From: the human T2T-CHM13v2.0 reference genome, Homo sapiens
Assembly (NCBI RefSeq): GCF_009914755.1
Contig: NC_060932.1
Reading direction: 5' to 3' (one strand)
Length of the DNA: 64,000 nt
A model generated the notes under the pieces. It was not told the DNA's origin. It did no database searches and saw nothing but the letters and a program-made list of their open reading frames with translations. Position 1 is the first letter of the stretch. Every line of letters begins with the position of its first letter. Below are positions 36,141 to 50,925 of this stretch, one piece after another. A program made the position numbers and the translations under genes.

Positions 36141-36439
36141 TTTGTAAGCCAAACTACTTTAAAAAAATACTGACTCTGTATCTTCAAATAATCAACAATC
36201 TGACCATTTTTCAAAATTGTGGTGAACATAACATTTCAGTTGCTGAGATCTACGCTTTTGTCCTGACATAAGCATAAATAGTGCTCTTTTGACTCTCAAA
36301 ATGCCCTGGGCCCTGGCTGGGATGATAAATTATGTGATCACCCTAGTTAAACCTGAGGTATTAATGCACTACAAACTAGTAGGCAAAGTAAAACCGTGGT
36401 ATGAGTTAGTCAAACGGTGGATCTGGTTATTGTGCATGA

Positions 36440-36962
36440 AATTCATCTTGTGATGTTGCAGTTGAAGGTGAAACAACTCAGACTGGCCTAAGCAAAGGTA
36501 TAAAGGGGAGTTGATGGGTCTGCATACCTGAAAAGTCTGTCTCAGACATGGTGGGACCGAGTTCTCAAATTCCAAGTTGCCTTCCTCATCCCTGAGAAGC
36601 TCCAGGCTCATTTCTGCTAACGCAAATGGTGGCAGCAGCCCCTGTCTCATCTCATTCAGTTGAAGTTCACCAGAAAAAAAGCCAGAGCCTTTTCCAGGAT
36701 CCCTTGTAGGAGTACTGACCTTCACTTTGTATTATGCAGCTTGGGTCATTTACTCCTCTTCGTCTCCCAAGGAAAGATATGTTGATTGACTAAGGTGTGG
36801 GTTATGCTTTCCATTCTTGTAGCTGAATGTGGTTTCCTACCTAGACCATGCATCCTAAGGTTGGAGGAGCAGTAAGCCCAAAAATGGAAATCAAGAGATT
36901 TGTCAGAGGAAAAGAGAATGTATTCAGAATATCAGTAAGGAATCCAAAGCGTCATCTATAAT
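36440..36962 (-). mobile_element. Old MLT1 (K/L-like) LTR
   Basis: 'aactcagactggcctaagcaaagg', 'gcttgggtcat', 'tgattgactaagg'. Confidence 0.45.
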
Positions 36963-37784
36963 GTGTGTGTTTGTATGTTTGTGTATGTCTGCATGTGTAC
37001 ACATATATGTTTTAGGACTAATCAGCTATCTTACTAAGCTTGAGCAGTGCCTTCAATCAACAATCTTGTATCTGGACAATGTTTTTCTCAGGTTGCTGTT
37101 TTATAGATCTGAATAAAGCTTCATTTTTCCATCCTATCACCACCTCATGTAAGAATCCTTTACTATCCTTATAGCATATGGCACACACATCTAGTATATT
37201 TAAACACATAGGTTCACTCAAAGCACTTCCATGTACAGATATTCAAGTAGTGCACCACACATAAACTATGATGTGAGTTGTGCAATATGGTGGCCCTGTG
37301 TAATCTTCATAGAAACTCTCTTAGCAGATACAGAAAATGAGTTCAGTCAAGTTAATTGATTTCCTCAAGGTCATCCTCCAAATCCTGTTCTCTTTTACTT
37401 AGAGAATCTGGTCAACTCCAACCAGTTTGGAGCAATAAAGAGCTCTCATTTGTTTTACCTGGGAAAGAAGCAATTACTGTTTACCATTAGGTCCTCTCTG
37501 TACCTTTAAACACAAATTTTCACTGAAGACTTGGAAATTATAATAAGGTGTTCTCATTTTCACTTTACATTTAGACATATTAAGCAGAAAACAAGTTTAA
37601 AGAATTAGTGAGCCATCTGTGTTGTTCATACCCTTAAGTACAGAAGTTCATAGACATAATTAATTCTCTGAAGAAGTATGTAAGGCACTGGAATTTCTGA
37701 ATTTTTCTGGGATCTCTTTGTTCCCAGACCTAGGCATTTCACAGTTCTCAAAATCAAACAGGGAAAGAAACCTGAGATTTTAGA

Positions 37785-37965
37785 GATGTGGTTCTGGAAT
37801 ATCAGTGCTCTTAATAATCACTATGAGTACTATTTAAAAATAGAAATTTCCAGTCTTTATTCCAAGGGATTATGATTCAATAAGTGTCTGAAATCTGCAT
37901 TTTAAAGAAGCCCTCTGGTGACTGTGATGTGATGATTCCACAAACGTTCTTTTAGAAATAGGGGT
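37785..37965. mobile_element. MER5-type DNA transposon
   Basis: 'gattatgattcaataagtgtctgaaatctgcattttaaagaagccctctggtgactgtgatg'. Confidence 0.55.
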
Positions 37966-38603
37966 TTTGAAATATAATTTTCCAACAAAAATGAGATAAG
38001 TCACTCTCCTTTTCTGCATGCATTCAATATCCACTGAATACTAGATGCTAATAATGGTCACAGTCCTAGGCGTGCATAGTTTTTGGATTTCCAAAACAGT
38101 CTGTCATTTTCTTTTCAGTATTCACTTGAATAATGGTTTAGAAAAAGTTCTCTCTTTCAAAAGCAGACAAATATGTAAAGGCCAGAGGAGTGAAGGCCCT
38201 GGGTTCCAGGGAAGGTTTTTGGACTCAATGTGTCTTTCCTTCTGAGATATCCATTAGGATGAAAGAGGCAAGCTGGAGCTCAGGCATATGGTCTTTTATC
38301 TTTATATAGAAGTGACAGCAGAGAGATACTTATGTCGACATCAGCAAAGAAGAGGTGGGAAGCATTCTGGTGCATCAATAGCGCATCCCTCTGCTTTCTT
38401 ACTTCCCTGTCAAACCAAGAGGCAGTAATTTTCCCTCTAAAGGTGTTGCACGAGAATGGCAAAGCAAATATAAAAACTCTGCCACAGCCTTGGATGAAAG
38501 ATAGAAAAGGAGCTAATATTGATTTTGTGTCTCCTTTGTAACACACGGGGAAACTGAGGCTCTGATAGATTAAGTAGCTTAACCAGGATCATATAGCTAG
38601 CAT

Positions 38604-39172
38604 TCCCAGTTATCTCTTATTGCTAATTAACCACTCTAGAACTTAGGGCCTTAAAATGGCAATGCATTATCACATGTCCGAGTTCTGTGGGTTGGCTGAG
38701 CTGAGCTGGGTGGTTTCTTCCTTGAGGTTTCTCACATTTTGTGGTCAGATGGCAAAGGGGGCTAGAGCCATTTGAAGGCTCAGCTGAGATAGAGGCCCAA
38801 GATGTCTTTTCACTCACATGTGTGCTGGCTTGGTGTTCTTTGCCCTTTTCCTATGTCACATCTCATCCTCCAAGGTCTTGGTTTGGACTTCTTATAGCAC
38901 AGTGGACTCAGGGTGGTCACACTACTTATGTTATGGCTAGCTTTCAAGATAGAAGAAAGAAGAAGCTCTTAGGCCAGTTAGGGCTATGCTTGGGGCTAAA
39001 AGATTATTTCTACCAATCTTATTGGTCAAAGCTGTCACAGTGTTATTCCAGCTCCAAGGCGGTGGAGAAATACACCCTCTCTCGATGAGAGGCTAGCAAG
39101 CTCACATTGCAGAAGAGCATGTGCGACGGGAGATATTGTTGCAGCTATCTTGAGATAAGTTCAGTTTGCATG
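38604..39172 (-). mobile_element. MLT1G/H-type LTR
   Basis: 'aaccactctagaacttag...gttggctgagctgagctgggtggtttct...ggagatattgttgcagctatctt'. Confidence 0.75.
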
Positions 39173-39204
39173 TGAGAAGGATGCAATTGATAACCAGAAC
39201 ATCT

Positions 39205-39480
39205 AGTAGTAATAATTACTAACTCTAGACACTCTACTAGGTGTATCATATGTATCTATATTATTTACCTATTTTATATATATATCTCAATATAATACAG
39301 TAACCCTACAAAATTAGAATTCATACTATTACCCTATTTTATAGATGAATAAATCAAGTTATAAAGGAGTTAATAACTTGCTCTAGGAACCCACCATGTG
39401 GTAGACCTAGAATTCAAGATAAGTAGCCATGCTCATTTAGGTCTGAGTCCAAAGCCCATGCTCTTCCCCTGTTTCACACT
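39205..39480 (-). mobile_element. MIR SINE
   Basis: 'cctattttatagatgaataaa...gtctgagtccaaagcccatgctctt'. Confidence 0.65.
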
Positions 39481-40145
39481 GCTTGGTCATTCCCTAGCCT
39501 TGGCTCATATGAACCAATTAAGACCTTTGTAAATATAACAGAACTCTTTCAGGGTGCAATTATGGAGGAGGAGCAGGGATGAGCTCAGTTTGTAGAAAAA
39601 TACATGAACTGGTTGGGAGGTGGATTTGGGGATGCAGGAGGGCTGGGGTTCCAATTACTTCTCTCTATTCTCTTCTAAATTTTCCAGACTCTTAACTGGG
39701 ACTGAACTGAGAACAGGTCCTGTGTGAAAGTGGGAGGAGCCCCCAAAAGCTCATTTGAGCTGGTGTGTAGAACTGCAACTTGAGCAGTTATGATTTCATA
39801 AGACCACAGGGGCAACCACAGAGAAGACGGTAGATCACAGAAGATGGTTCTGTGCCTCAGGGCTTGGAAAGAGCTCATTCCACCTGTCATTGGATGTTCT
39901 AAAAGCTTCTGAAAAGAATAACTGGGTAACTGGATGGCTGGACTGGCTCATGCCCTGAGACTTTTTGCAGCTGCAAGCAAATGCCTTGAATTTTGATTTT
40001 CACTTTAGAAAGAGGAGAGACAATGGCCAGGATATCTATCAAATGAATGAGATTGCTCTGGCTTTGCCAACTGGCTGGCTAAACTTCCATACTCCATTAG
40101 CAGAATGAAATTACATTATCGGCCTCAGTACTTTTGGAAGGCTTA

Positions 40146-40939
40146 TGATATTATTTGGATGTTTTTTCTCTCCAAATCTCATGTTGGATTGTGAACACCA
40201 GTGTTGGAGGTGGGTCTGGTGGGAGGTATTTGGGTCATGGGAGCAGACCCTTCATGAATGGTATATTAGTCTATTTTCATGCTGGTGATAAAGACATACC
40301 TGAGACTGGGTAATTTACAAAAGAAAGAGGTTTAATTGGACTTACAGTTCCACATGGCTGGGGAAGCCTCACAATCATGGCAGAAGGCAAGGAAGAGTAA
40401 GTCATTTCTTACATGGATGGCAGGAGGCAAAGAGAGAGAGCTTGTGCAGGGGAATTCCTCTTTTTAAAACCATCAGATCTCATGAGACTTATTCACTATC
40501 AAGAGAACAGCACGGGAAAACTTGCCTCCATGATTCAATTACCTCCTACCGAGTCCCTCTCATAATGCATGGGAATTCAAGATGACATTTTGGTGGGGAC
40601 ACAGCCAAACCATATCAAATGTCATGGTGCCCTCTCTGTGGTAATGAGTGAGTTCTTGCTCTATGAGTTCACATGAAATCTGGTTGTTGAAAACAGACTG
40701 GCACGTCTTTCTCTTTCTCTCTTGCTTTCTTGCTCACCATGTGATGCACCTGCTCCCCCTTCACTTTCTGCCATAATTAGAAGCTTCCCAATGCATCACC
40801 AAGAGCGGATGCCAGCACCATGATTCTCGTACGGTCTGCAGAACCATGAGCCAGAATAAACCTTTTTTTTTTTTTTTTTTTTTAATAAATTACCCAGTCT
40901 CAGGTATTTCTTTACAACAATGAAGAACAAACTAATACA
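40146..40939 (+). mobile_element. MSTB-type solo LTR interrupted by THE1
   Basis: TGATATTATTTGGATG...ACTAATACA; TSD GCTTA/GCTTC. Confidence 0.88.
40262..40617 (-). mobile_element. THE1C-type solo LTR nested antisense in MSTB
   Basis: TATATTAGTC...ACAGCCAAACCATATCA; TSD AATGG/AATGT. Confidence 0.9.
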
Positions 40940-41599
40940 GCTTCCATGGTTCCTTGTGGGGTTTTCTTTTCTCTTTCTTGTGCTTTTGCATTATCTTTGC
41001 CTGGATAAGCCAGTGTCTAGAAGAGTGACTAAGATGTAGTTTAGCCCTCAATAAACGTTGGCCATATAAACAAACTCCTCTATCTTCTACTTTGCAACAT
41101 TCAGCAATATTCACTAGGTAATATGTGGCTTTCCTTCCAATTCCCAGGGCTGATGATTGCCTAGTAGTCACCAGTACAAGAGTCTTTGTTGTTAACAGTC
41201 AGAATTTTAATTGGGACAATACTATACCTGGCCACTGTTAAATATTTTGAACATCAAGTCTGCCTCCACCTACAGACCTCTTTGCTCCCTCATAAATCTT
41301 TCATCTCAGTAGCACAGTGCAATGGAAATCTTCTTAAAAAGTTAACATTACAGGGTGACAATATATTAATGCCATATCCAATTAATTATCAGCAACTTAG
41401 TATGTTGAGCACCTGATAGGTGTTTAATATTTTCCTGCAAAGGAGAAGTTGGTGGTGGTTGGGTCACCAGCTTGCTGCTTTTTGATACAAAGGCCATAAA
41501 TTCAAAAACTGAGGAGACTTGTGTATATTTTAAGTACCTGAAAAAATACTTACCAGTTATTCGTTTGTCCAAACACTAGCTTAAGCACTTGGCATAAGC

Positions 41600-41785
41600 A
41601 TGACAGGAGGCATTAATAAAATGGTAAAATCCAAGTTTTAGAGTTAATCAGGCCTGGAATTTAAATTGAACTCTGCTTCAAATTAGCTCTGTGACCAGGA
41701 CCAAATGACAACTTCAGGGAGTCTTGGGTTCTTCATCTGCCAAATGGGAATAAGTAAAATGATCTTTATTATTACTATTTTATTA
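41600..41785 (+). mobile_element. MIR SINE
   Basis: 'ttagctctgtgacc...cttcatctgccaaatgggaataa'. Confidence 0.65.
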
Positions 41786-42084
41786 AAACATGGTTTCTGC
41801 CCTGGAAGGACTTATAGTCTGTTTCAGGAGGTAAAATTATATTTTCAATATGAAACATCAAATTTCCAAGGAGATATTCTGTCCCTTGCAGAACAGAGTA
41901 CACCTAACGGAGTTCAGAGGACTATCTTCTTGTAATTCTCTGATTTCCTTGCTCCTGACCCACTCAACCACTCTTTCCTTGCATTCAAGCTTTTCTGCTT
42001 TGCTCTCAACAGACACCTTCTTATTTGTAGCCTCTTCTTGGCCTGTTCCCTTCATTTTCCACCTTAAGTAAAACCTGGCTGTGT

Positions 42085-42329
42085 CATGGGCCACATGAAT
42101 GACTGTATACACAGTGGGGTGCATTAGAGGAGAGGAGCCCCGAGTTTAGGGAACCTGAATCTTGTATAATGGACAGTAAGCATTTCTGCCCTGTTCTCTG
42201 GAGGACATCCAAGACTGTTTATTACAAAAACATGCTGGAAAAGATAGTTCAGAACACAGAGCAGTTAGTGCTTTGCCCATAAGGTGTGCAGAAATGGGAG
42301 AGACCTATAGAGGAATTGTCTCCCCAAAA
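42085..42329 (-). mobile_element. ERV LTR fragment (MER93-like)
   Basis: 'tagggaacctgaatcttgtataatggacagtaagca...gcagaaatgggagagacctatagaggaattgtctccc'. Confidence 0.55.
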
Positions 42330-43106
42330 GACCTTTTTCTCCTCCTTAAAATCCTCCTCTTGTTTCTTGCCTACCTTTCTGGCCAGCCTCTCTCGGTCTA
42401 ATTTTTAGGCTCATCCTTCTCCACCTGGTGGTAGATATTGGAACTCCTTGAGGCTTTGTCCTAGGCTCTTTCCTCTTCTCATTCCAAATGCTTTACCTTG
42501 GCAATCTTATCAAAGATTACAACTTTGATTTCCATTGCATGTCAATGGCCTTTTCCAATTAATATCTCCAGATAATATTCCTCTCTGAACTCCAGGCCCA
42601 TGAGATCCCTGCTTAGATATTTGAAAAGCAACTCAAACACCACATGCTCAAGGCTGAATTTATAATTTTTCCCTTGCTTCCACTGTCACAGTCTTGGTTC
42701 CCTTTCATAGTTTCTACTTTAGTGAAAGGCAGTTGCAAAATCCAGAAACTGATGAGTCATTCTTGCCATTCCCCCTCTCTCTCAGTCCTATATCCAATTC
42801 AACGGCAATTACTGTTTAATTTAAATTCCTAAATATTACTTCAATCATTTTTATTTCCCTTTAAATACACTTCTCCCACCTCAGTCTGATCCACTATAAT
42901 TTCTCAACTGTAGGTCACTTTTCAGTGGGTCATTTCTAATCTTTCAATCCTCCCCTTACCCTCCAACCCCCTAAAAAAACCTCTTGTTCTTTCCATCATC
43001 TCTTAACCTGATTTATTATTTATCCATCCCATCCGTCACCATCTGAAATAGTAAACAGCTACAAGGTTGTTATCTATTGACTTCCTTTTCATAAGAACAT
43101 AAACCC
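42330..43106 (+). mobile_element. L2 LINE
   Basis: 'cctctctgaactccaggccc', 'actcaaacaccacatgctcaaggctgaatt'. Confidence 0.7.
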
Positions 43107-43286
43107 TGTGATGGTTAATTTTATGTGTCAACATGACTGGGCTATGGGATGTCCAGATAGTTGGTTGAGTGGTATATCTGGATGTGTCTGTGATGATGTT
43201 TCAGGAAGAAATTAGCATTTTAATTGGTGGACTGAGTAAAGCAGATGACCCTCCGCAGTGTAGGTGGATATCACCCAATCCATGAT
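43107..43286 (+). mobile_element. MLT2 (B/C/D-like) LTR 5' fragment
   Basis: TGTGATGGTTAATTTTATGTGTCAACATGACTGGGCTA...GGACTGAGTAAAGCAGAT. Confidence 0.85.
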
Positions 43287-43299
43287 ATATATAGCCAAG

Positions 43300-43485
43300 A
43301 CTATATAGCCTTGGGCAGTCGGTTAACATCTTAAGTCCTCAGTTTACAAATTTATAGAGTAGGGGCAATGAAAGTAATAGTGCTTACCTTGTAGAGGTGT
43401 TGTGAGGACTAAATGAGTTAATCCAGGCAGAGTGCTGAGAGTTGTACCTGGCACAGAGACATTTAGTCACTGTTGGGCAATCATA
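43300..43485 (+). mobile_element. MIR SINE
   Basis: 'ccttgggcag...cctcagttt...gttgtgaggactaaatgagttaat'. Confidence 0.75.
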
Positions 43486-43527
43486 TCTTTGCACTCTCAT
43501 CTCTCTATCTGTGCTTCTTACTCATGA

Positions 43528-44539
43528 TCTTTTTTTTCAGTTCTTTAAAAAATTGTTATTGATGCATGATAATTGTACATATTTATGGGATATATGTGAT
43601 ATTTTGATACATGCATATAGTATGTAGTGATCAAAAATCAGGATATTTAGGATATCCAGCACTTTGAACATTTGTTACTTCTTCTTTGTGTTTGGAACAT
43701 TTCAAATCTTCTTTCCTAGCTGTTTTGAAATATGCAATATATTGTTGTTAACTCCAGTCATCCTATTGTGCTATTGAACACTAGAACTTATTTCTTCTAT
43801 TTAACTATATGTTTGTACCATATAACCAACATCTCTTCATCCTCCCCTATCCACACACTCTTTCCAACCTCTTATAACCATCACTCTACCCTTTACTTCC
43901 ATGAGATCAACTTTTTTAGCTCCCACATATGAATGACAACATGTGACATTTGTCTTTCTATGCCTGGCTTATTTCACTTCACATAAATTTGTCCAGTTCT
44001 ATCCATATTCCTGTAAATAACAGAATTTCCTTCTTTTTTATGGCTGAACAGTATTCCATTTGTATCTATACCACGTTTTCTTTATCCATTCATCTATTGA
44101 TGGGCACTTAGGTGATTCCATATCTTTACTATTGTGAACAGTGCTGCAATAAAAATAGGAATGCAGATATACTTTTGTTACACTGATTTCCTTTCCTTTG
44201 AAGAAATACACAGAAATGAAATTGCTGGATCATACAGCAGTGCTGCTTTTAGTTTTCTCTGGGAAACTTCCGTACTGTTTTTCATAATGGCGGTACCAAT
44301 TTACATTCCCACTTTCAGTGTATAAAAGCTCTCTTTTCTCTGCATCCTTGCCAGCATTTATTACTTTTTGTCTTTTTGGTAATAACCATTCTAACTGGGG
44401 TAAGATGATACCTCATTGTGGTTTTGACTTGAATTTTCCTGATTATTAGTGATATTGAGCCTTTTTCCATATACTTCTTGGCCATTTGTATGTCTTCTTT
44501 TGAGAAATGTGTAATCAAATCCTTTGCCTAATTTTTAAT
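43528..44539 (-). mobile_element. L1MA (L1MA4/5-like) 3' end
   Basis: 'ataattgtacatatttatggg...ccattctaactggggtaagatgatacctcattgtggttttg...gagaaatgt'. Confidence 0.88.
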
Positions 44540-44559
44540 GACACCTATCCCTTCTTAGG

Positions 44560-44935
44560 GCTTTTCTCCTGCTGATCTTATTGCCTCCTGGTTTCCCTCC
44601 TGCAACTCACTGTGCCTACTTAACTCCTACTCATCCTTCTGATCCTAGATCAAGAGGCCTTTTTTTGGGCAAGTCTTTTTTGATACCTTCAGGCTGGGTC
44701 AGCTCCTCTTAAAAAGCCCTCATATGACCTTTTTCCTTTCTCACACAGCACTTGCCAATATTATAATTGTATATCCAAAACGTGATTTTTTTTAAAGTTA
44801 ATATTTGTCTTCTTTCGGATGTAAATTCCAAGAAAGCATGTATTTTATATATTTCAGCCTTCATCCCAAGCTCAGTGCCTGCCTGACTGACAGTGGTAGC
44901 CTATAAATCTTTGTTGAACAAAGATTACCGAAATA
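44560..44935 (+). mobile_element. L2 3' fragment
   Basis: 'actcctactcatccttc', 'cagtgcctg', 'tttgttgaac'. Confidence 0.55.
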
Positions 44936-45952
44936 AATTTCAGGTTCCTAAGGCAGCCACGTGGAAAAACAGTGCTCACCTGGATGTAACAGTGTGACCA
45001 CACTTAATTAAAATCAGTTTCCTTACTTCTTGGTCAAAGCTCAAATTCCATGCGTTTGAAGAACAATGGCAGGAAACAAGGATCATGTAGCATGGCTATC
45101 CTATTACACATATACGATAAATCCTCATATAAACCATGAGGTTTAGATACAATCACTCTTATTTCTCTTATTTTGCGGTTGAAGGAGCCAAGGTCTTACA
45201 GTTAAAGGTGAGGGAGCAGAAATTGACAATTTTTGTCTTATATACAGGTGGCATAGTCAAATTATACACATATACACAAATTTGCATATGTATACATGTA
45301 GATATATATGTATTTGATCAATTTCATTAATTTCAATGATCTATATATATGCATTACTTTGGGAACTTACAAAATTGCTTTGAAAAATTATAAAATTCAA
45401 TGTGCTAAAAGAGGAATAATAAATAACACTGGGAGAGTTGGAGGAGGATAAAGGAAATGAATCATTTGAATATATAAAATATCTGGAAATGGCATGGGTA
45501 TCCTGTATGTTAGCACATTAAACAGACCTATAAAATCCTTTGACTTATTTTATAAAGAAAATGAAGAATGTAAATGCATGCAAATAAAGTCACGAAGTGA
45601 GACCAAATGTGGAACTCTGAGAGAGGAGTTTGAGATAAATATGATATTTTGTTTCACACACCCAGCTACAAAGCGGCATGGCAACTGAGAGACATGTTCA
45701 AAGGGGCGTGGGATTCCCAGTGAAAAGTCTACAAATAAAGGGACACTGAACAGAATATGAGAGTGGGGAGAGGTAGTGAAAATTAGTACAACCACAGTTC
45801 CTTCATCTCTGAGACAATTGTGACAGAGGTCTTCTCTTTTATGTTGTCAAAAATCATAACTAGGTATGACTCCTCTGTAGAGTAGAAATGTCAGGGAAGA
45901 TCATAATTTCAAAAGAATAAAAATCAATAAATAGTTGTTTTCTTATTTTTTA

Positions 45953-46411
<459 letters not shown>

Positions 46412-46819
46412 TCACAGAAAATACTAATGCAGAAAACATGAGAGATGACATTCTGGTTGGAACAAGGGTGGAGGGCCTGGGCCCTTGTCTGCTTTCAGTC
46501 CTCCTCTCACTCTAGGGTGGTTTATGTGCCAGTACCCCTGAGAAACCCGAGGGCTCTGTGAAACTCAGCTTGAAAACCAGCTCAGAAGATCAGTAAGTTG
46601 AGTAGTGAATACTCGCGTACCCTGTTTCTAGTTGCATGCAGCAACATCTGGATAATTCTTTGTCCCTCTTTACTCTGCGTAAGCAGGATTGACCAACTGA
46701 TTCAGGAGACCAGCCAGGTATTTACTCTGTGGTCTGTGAGTCACCCGCACGTTCTCACTTTTCATTGGTTGGGTTGTGGGAGAGAAGAGTGAACAAACTA
46801 TGCACACACTCAAATCTAT

Positions 46820-47140
46820 AGCTTTTCCCATAGTGTTTTTTTTTTTTGCCTGGAATGTCTTTCATTGTCTCTCAATAAACTGAAGAAAATTCTTCAGGGT
46901 TCAACCCAATAGTTCTTTCTATGTAGCTTTTCTCACCCACAGTGGAAAAATAACAACTTCCCCCACATCACTGAAGCCTGTTATATACATGCTGCTATAC
47001 TCCATGGCATGGTAATAGTTGTGTACCGATACTACCTACTCATTCACTAATTCATTCAAAAATATTAATTGAGCACCACTATGTTCTAGGCACTGTTCCA
47101 GGTGCTGGAGAGTCAGCAATAAACAAAATACACAAAACTT
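46820..47140. mobile_element. L2 fragments (+ then -)
   Basis: 'tgcctggaatgtc' and 'cattcactaattcattcaaaaatattaattgagcaccactatgttctaggcactg'. Confidence 0.6.
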
Positions 47141-47826
47141 ATGAGGCCAAGAGTCCCTCAAAAGGAGAAGTCCTGTCATATTTGCTTCAGTAACCCCAGA
47201 ACTCACATCTGGCTCAATCGGCCAAGATGAAATAACGTAAGATCTGTCATTGCCGCACCACTTATGGCCTATACATCCAGGAAAGATGGTGGCTTTGAGA
47301 TAGGATGATATTTCTCTATTTACAATATATTTTGGAAATCATCCAACCTTCAGCATGAAAGGCATGAGGGTTCATCATCTGCTGGATTCACTTTTGTTTT
47401 ATTTATGTCATAAAATAACTTTGATAAAGATAAACTCTCTAGCTGCCAAGATTGTACTTTTAGGGGGTCTGAGGAAGAAAGCACTGTTGACATTTCAGTT
47501 AGCTTTGTTTATTTTTGTGGTAGAGAGAGCCACTCATACTACTTCAAGGAAAAGGGTGATTAGATACATAGAAATGGGGTCAGGAATTTGAAAACCACCA
47601 GGATTAGAGGCAGTGCAAGGTATAGAAGATTCTATTTGTCTTTCTTCTATGGTCTCCTTGGCTTCTTCCTGCATATCTGCTCTCTTCTACTCTCTACTGA
47701 GTGGCTTCCTCAGTTCACTTCCACTTTTGCTCCTTCGAAACTCTAGATTGCATGTTGACCATTAGAGCATTATTTTGCTTCAGGAAATTTTCAATTTTTT
47801 GGTTCTGTTTTTTTTAAAACTAATAA

Positions 47827-49240
<1,414 letters not shown>

Positions 49241-49479
49241 TATTTTTTGTTTTGTTTCCCATACCTGACTAACTCAGTCTCTCAGTTATTTGTTAGATCA
49301 AATAATAAAAATAATATGAATGGCTTAATTAATCTTTTTATATAGGACGTGGCCATGGCTTAGATGCCAAAATCCTATTCAACAACTTGCACCCAAAAGA
49401 TGGAGAGAGGAGTCAAGTCTGATGGTATAAAACATGACTACTCATTGCTGTCCCCTGCAAAGTGGCTTTGGTAGGGCAA

Positions 49480-49690
49480 CTTCCTGCAGAATTAGAAGTA
49501 AACAAAGGAAATATCTGGGTTTTCATTTTGCCTCTGCCATTCAGCTGGTGACCAATTTGTGTTTCGGTTACTTTATCCCTAAAAGGGAAAAAGGTATTTA
49601 TTTTTCAGGATTCTTATCAAGATTAAGTGGCATATGTTCTAGAAAGGTACACAGCACCATGCATGCGTAATAGATGTTCAATATGTACAC
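49480..49690 (+). mobile_element. MIR SINE
   Basis: 'atctgggttt...cagctggtgacc...aagattaagtg...agcacca...atgttcaata'. Confidence 0.5.
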
Positions 49691-50479
49691 ATTTATTCTT
49701 TCTTTTTCCTCTCCGTGTTTTCTTTCTTCCCTTTTCTTCTTCCTTTTTTGCTTTCTCTCTTTCCTTTTACATGTATCATAAAGAAAATAGAAGGCCTTAG
49801 ACCTACAAGCTTGCTGGAGATACATGATTTAGTATACATAAAACAATGCACAACACAAGAGAGTAAATAATCAAGTACAAAAGGGGAGGATTAGAGGCTG
49901 TAAGTCTTATCAAAGTTCAAGGATAGGAAATACCGAATGCATTCCATGAAAAACAACAGGGACAAATTCTTTCAAGCACCTTTAAAAAAGGAATGTTAAT
50001 CAAATCTCTAATACAACTGCTTTATGGGAGACATTTGGCTATGCTTCAAGTAAGTGCCTTGAAATTTCAGTTGTTTACCCATTAGAAATACACATCTGCA
50101 ATTTAAGGAGTACAAACAAGTTTCACATTATTATCCTCCAAGTCTTTTCTTCTGTCTCTTTGTGATGCACTGGTAAAACCAGGCCAGTCAATGACATGCC
50201 ACTCTAATTGATTTTAATTAGTTTTACATTAAAGAAGCCAGATAAAAGATCACTTTGAGAGCATGTACCCAGGTGGAATCTGTGAGCACAGTTGAATTTG
50301 TGGTTTCCTGGGTATCTATAGAAAATAAAGATGGATTACAGCAGCTTTGATGAAAACATAGTCATACATTTTACTTTATTATATATTCATTAAGCAGTCT
50401 TCTAAATCATTTGGGATGTGGATAACTGTTATGTGATCTATGAACAAATGGAGGACAAATAGCTTATTTTGTCTTCCAA

Positions 50480-50925
50480 CATAATTCCAAACCAAGTTAT
50501 AAATGGGAGTTCCTCTCCTTATGCATGCTTCTTCATCTGGAAAACTCTCACTGATTTTTCAAGATTCAGGAGAACATTGACTTTTTCCTTAAGGCGTTTG
50601 CCCATTTATTGTAGAAAAATTAAGTACTCTGATCTCTGTTTCAGGTCATTTAACAAATATTACTGAGCTCCTCATCTGTGCCAGGTGTGTTGGTGGTTTC
50701 TAGGTACACAAGACAAAAAATGTAGTCAAGATCACTGTATGAGGGGATGAAGCCTACCCAGTTATAATAATCATTACATTGTTTTAAAATCATCTGTTCA
50801 TAAGACTTTCTTCTCATCTGGTGTGAAAAGTTTTTAAGACAGAGATTATGATTATCCATGTCTGTATATGTATTATCCAGTGTGGTGCTGGAACTCAATA
50901 AACATTGAGTGAATTATTTGAATTG
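50480..50925. mobile_element. L2 fragments in both orientations
   Basis: 'catttaacaaatattactgagctcctcatctgtgccagg' (-); 'gaactcaataaacattgagtgaat' (+). Confidence 0.55.

Noticed and set aside
37230-37300. Possible MER91-like end 'gttgtgcaatatggtggccctg'
   Set aside because: Too short and diverged to call.
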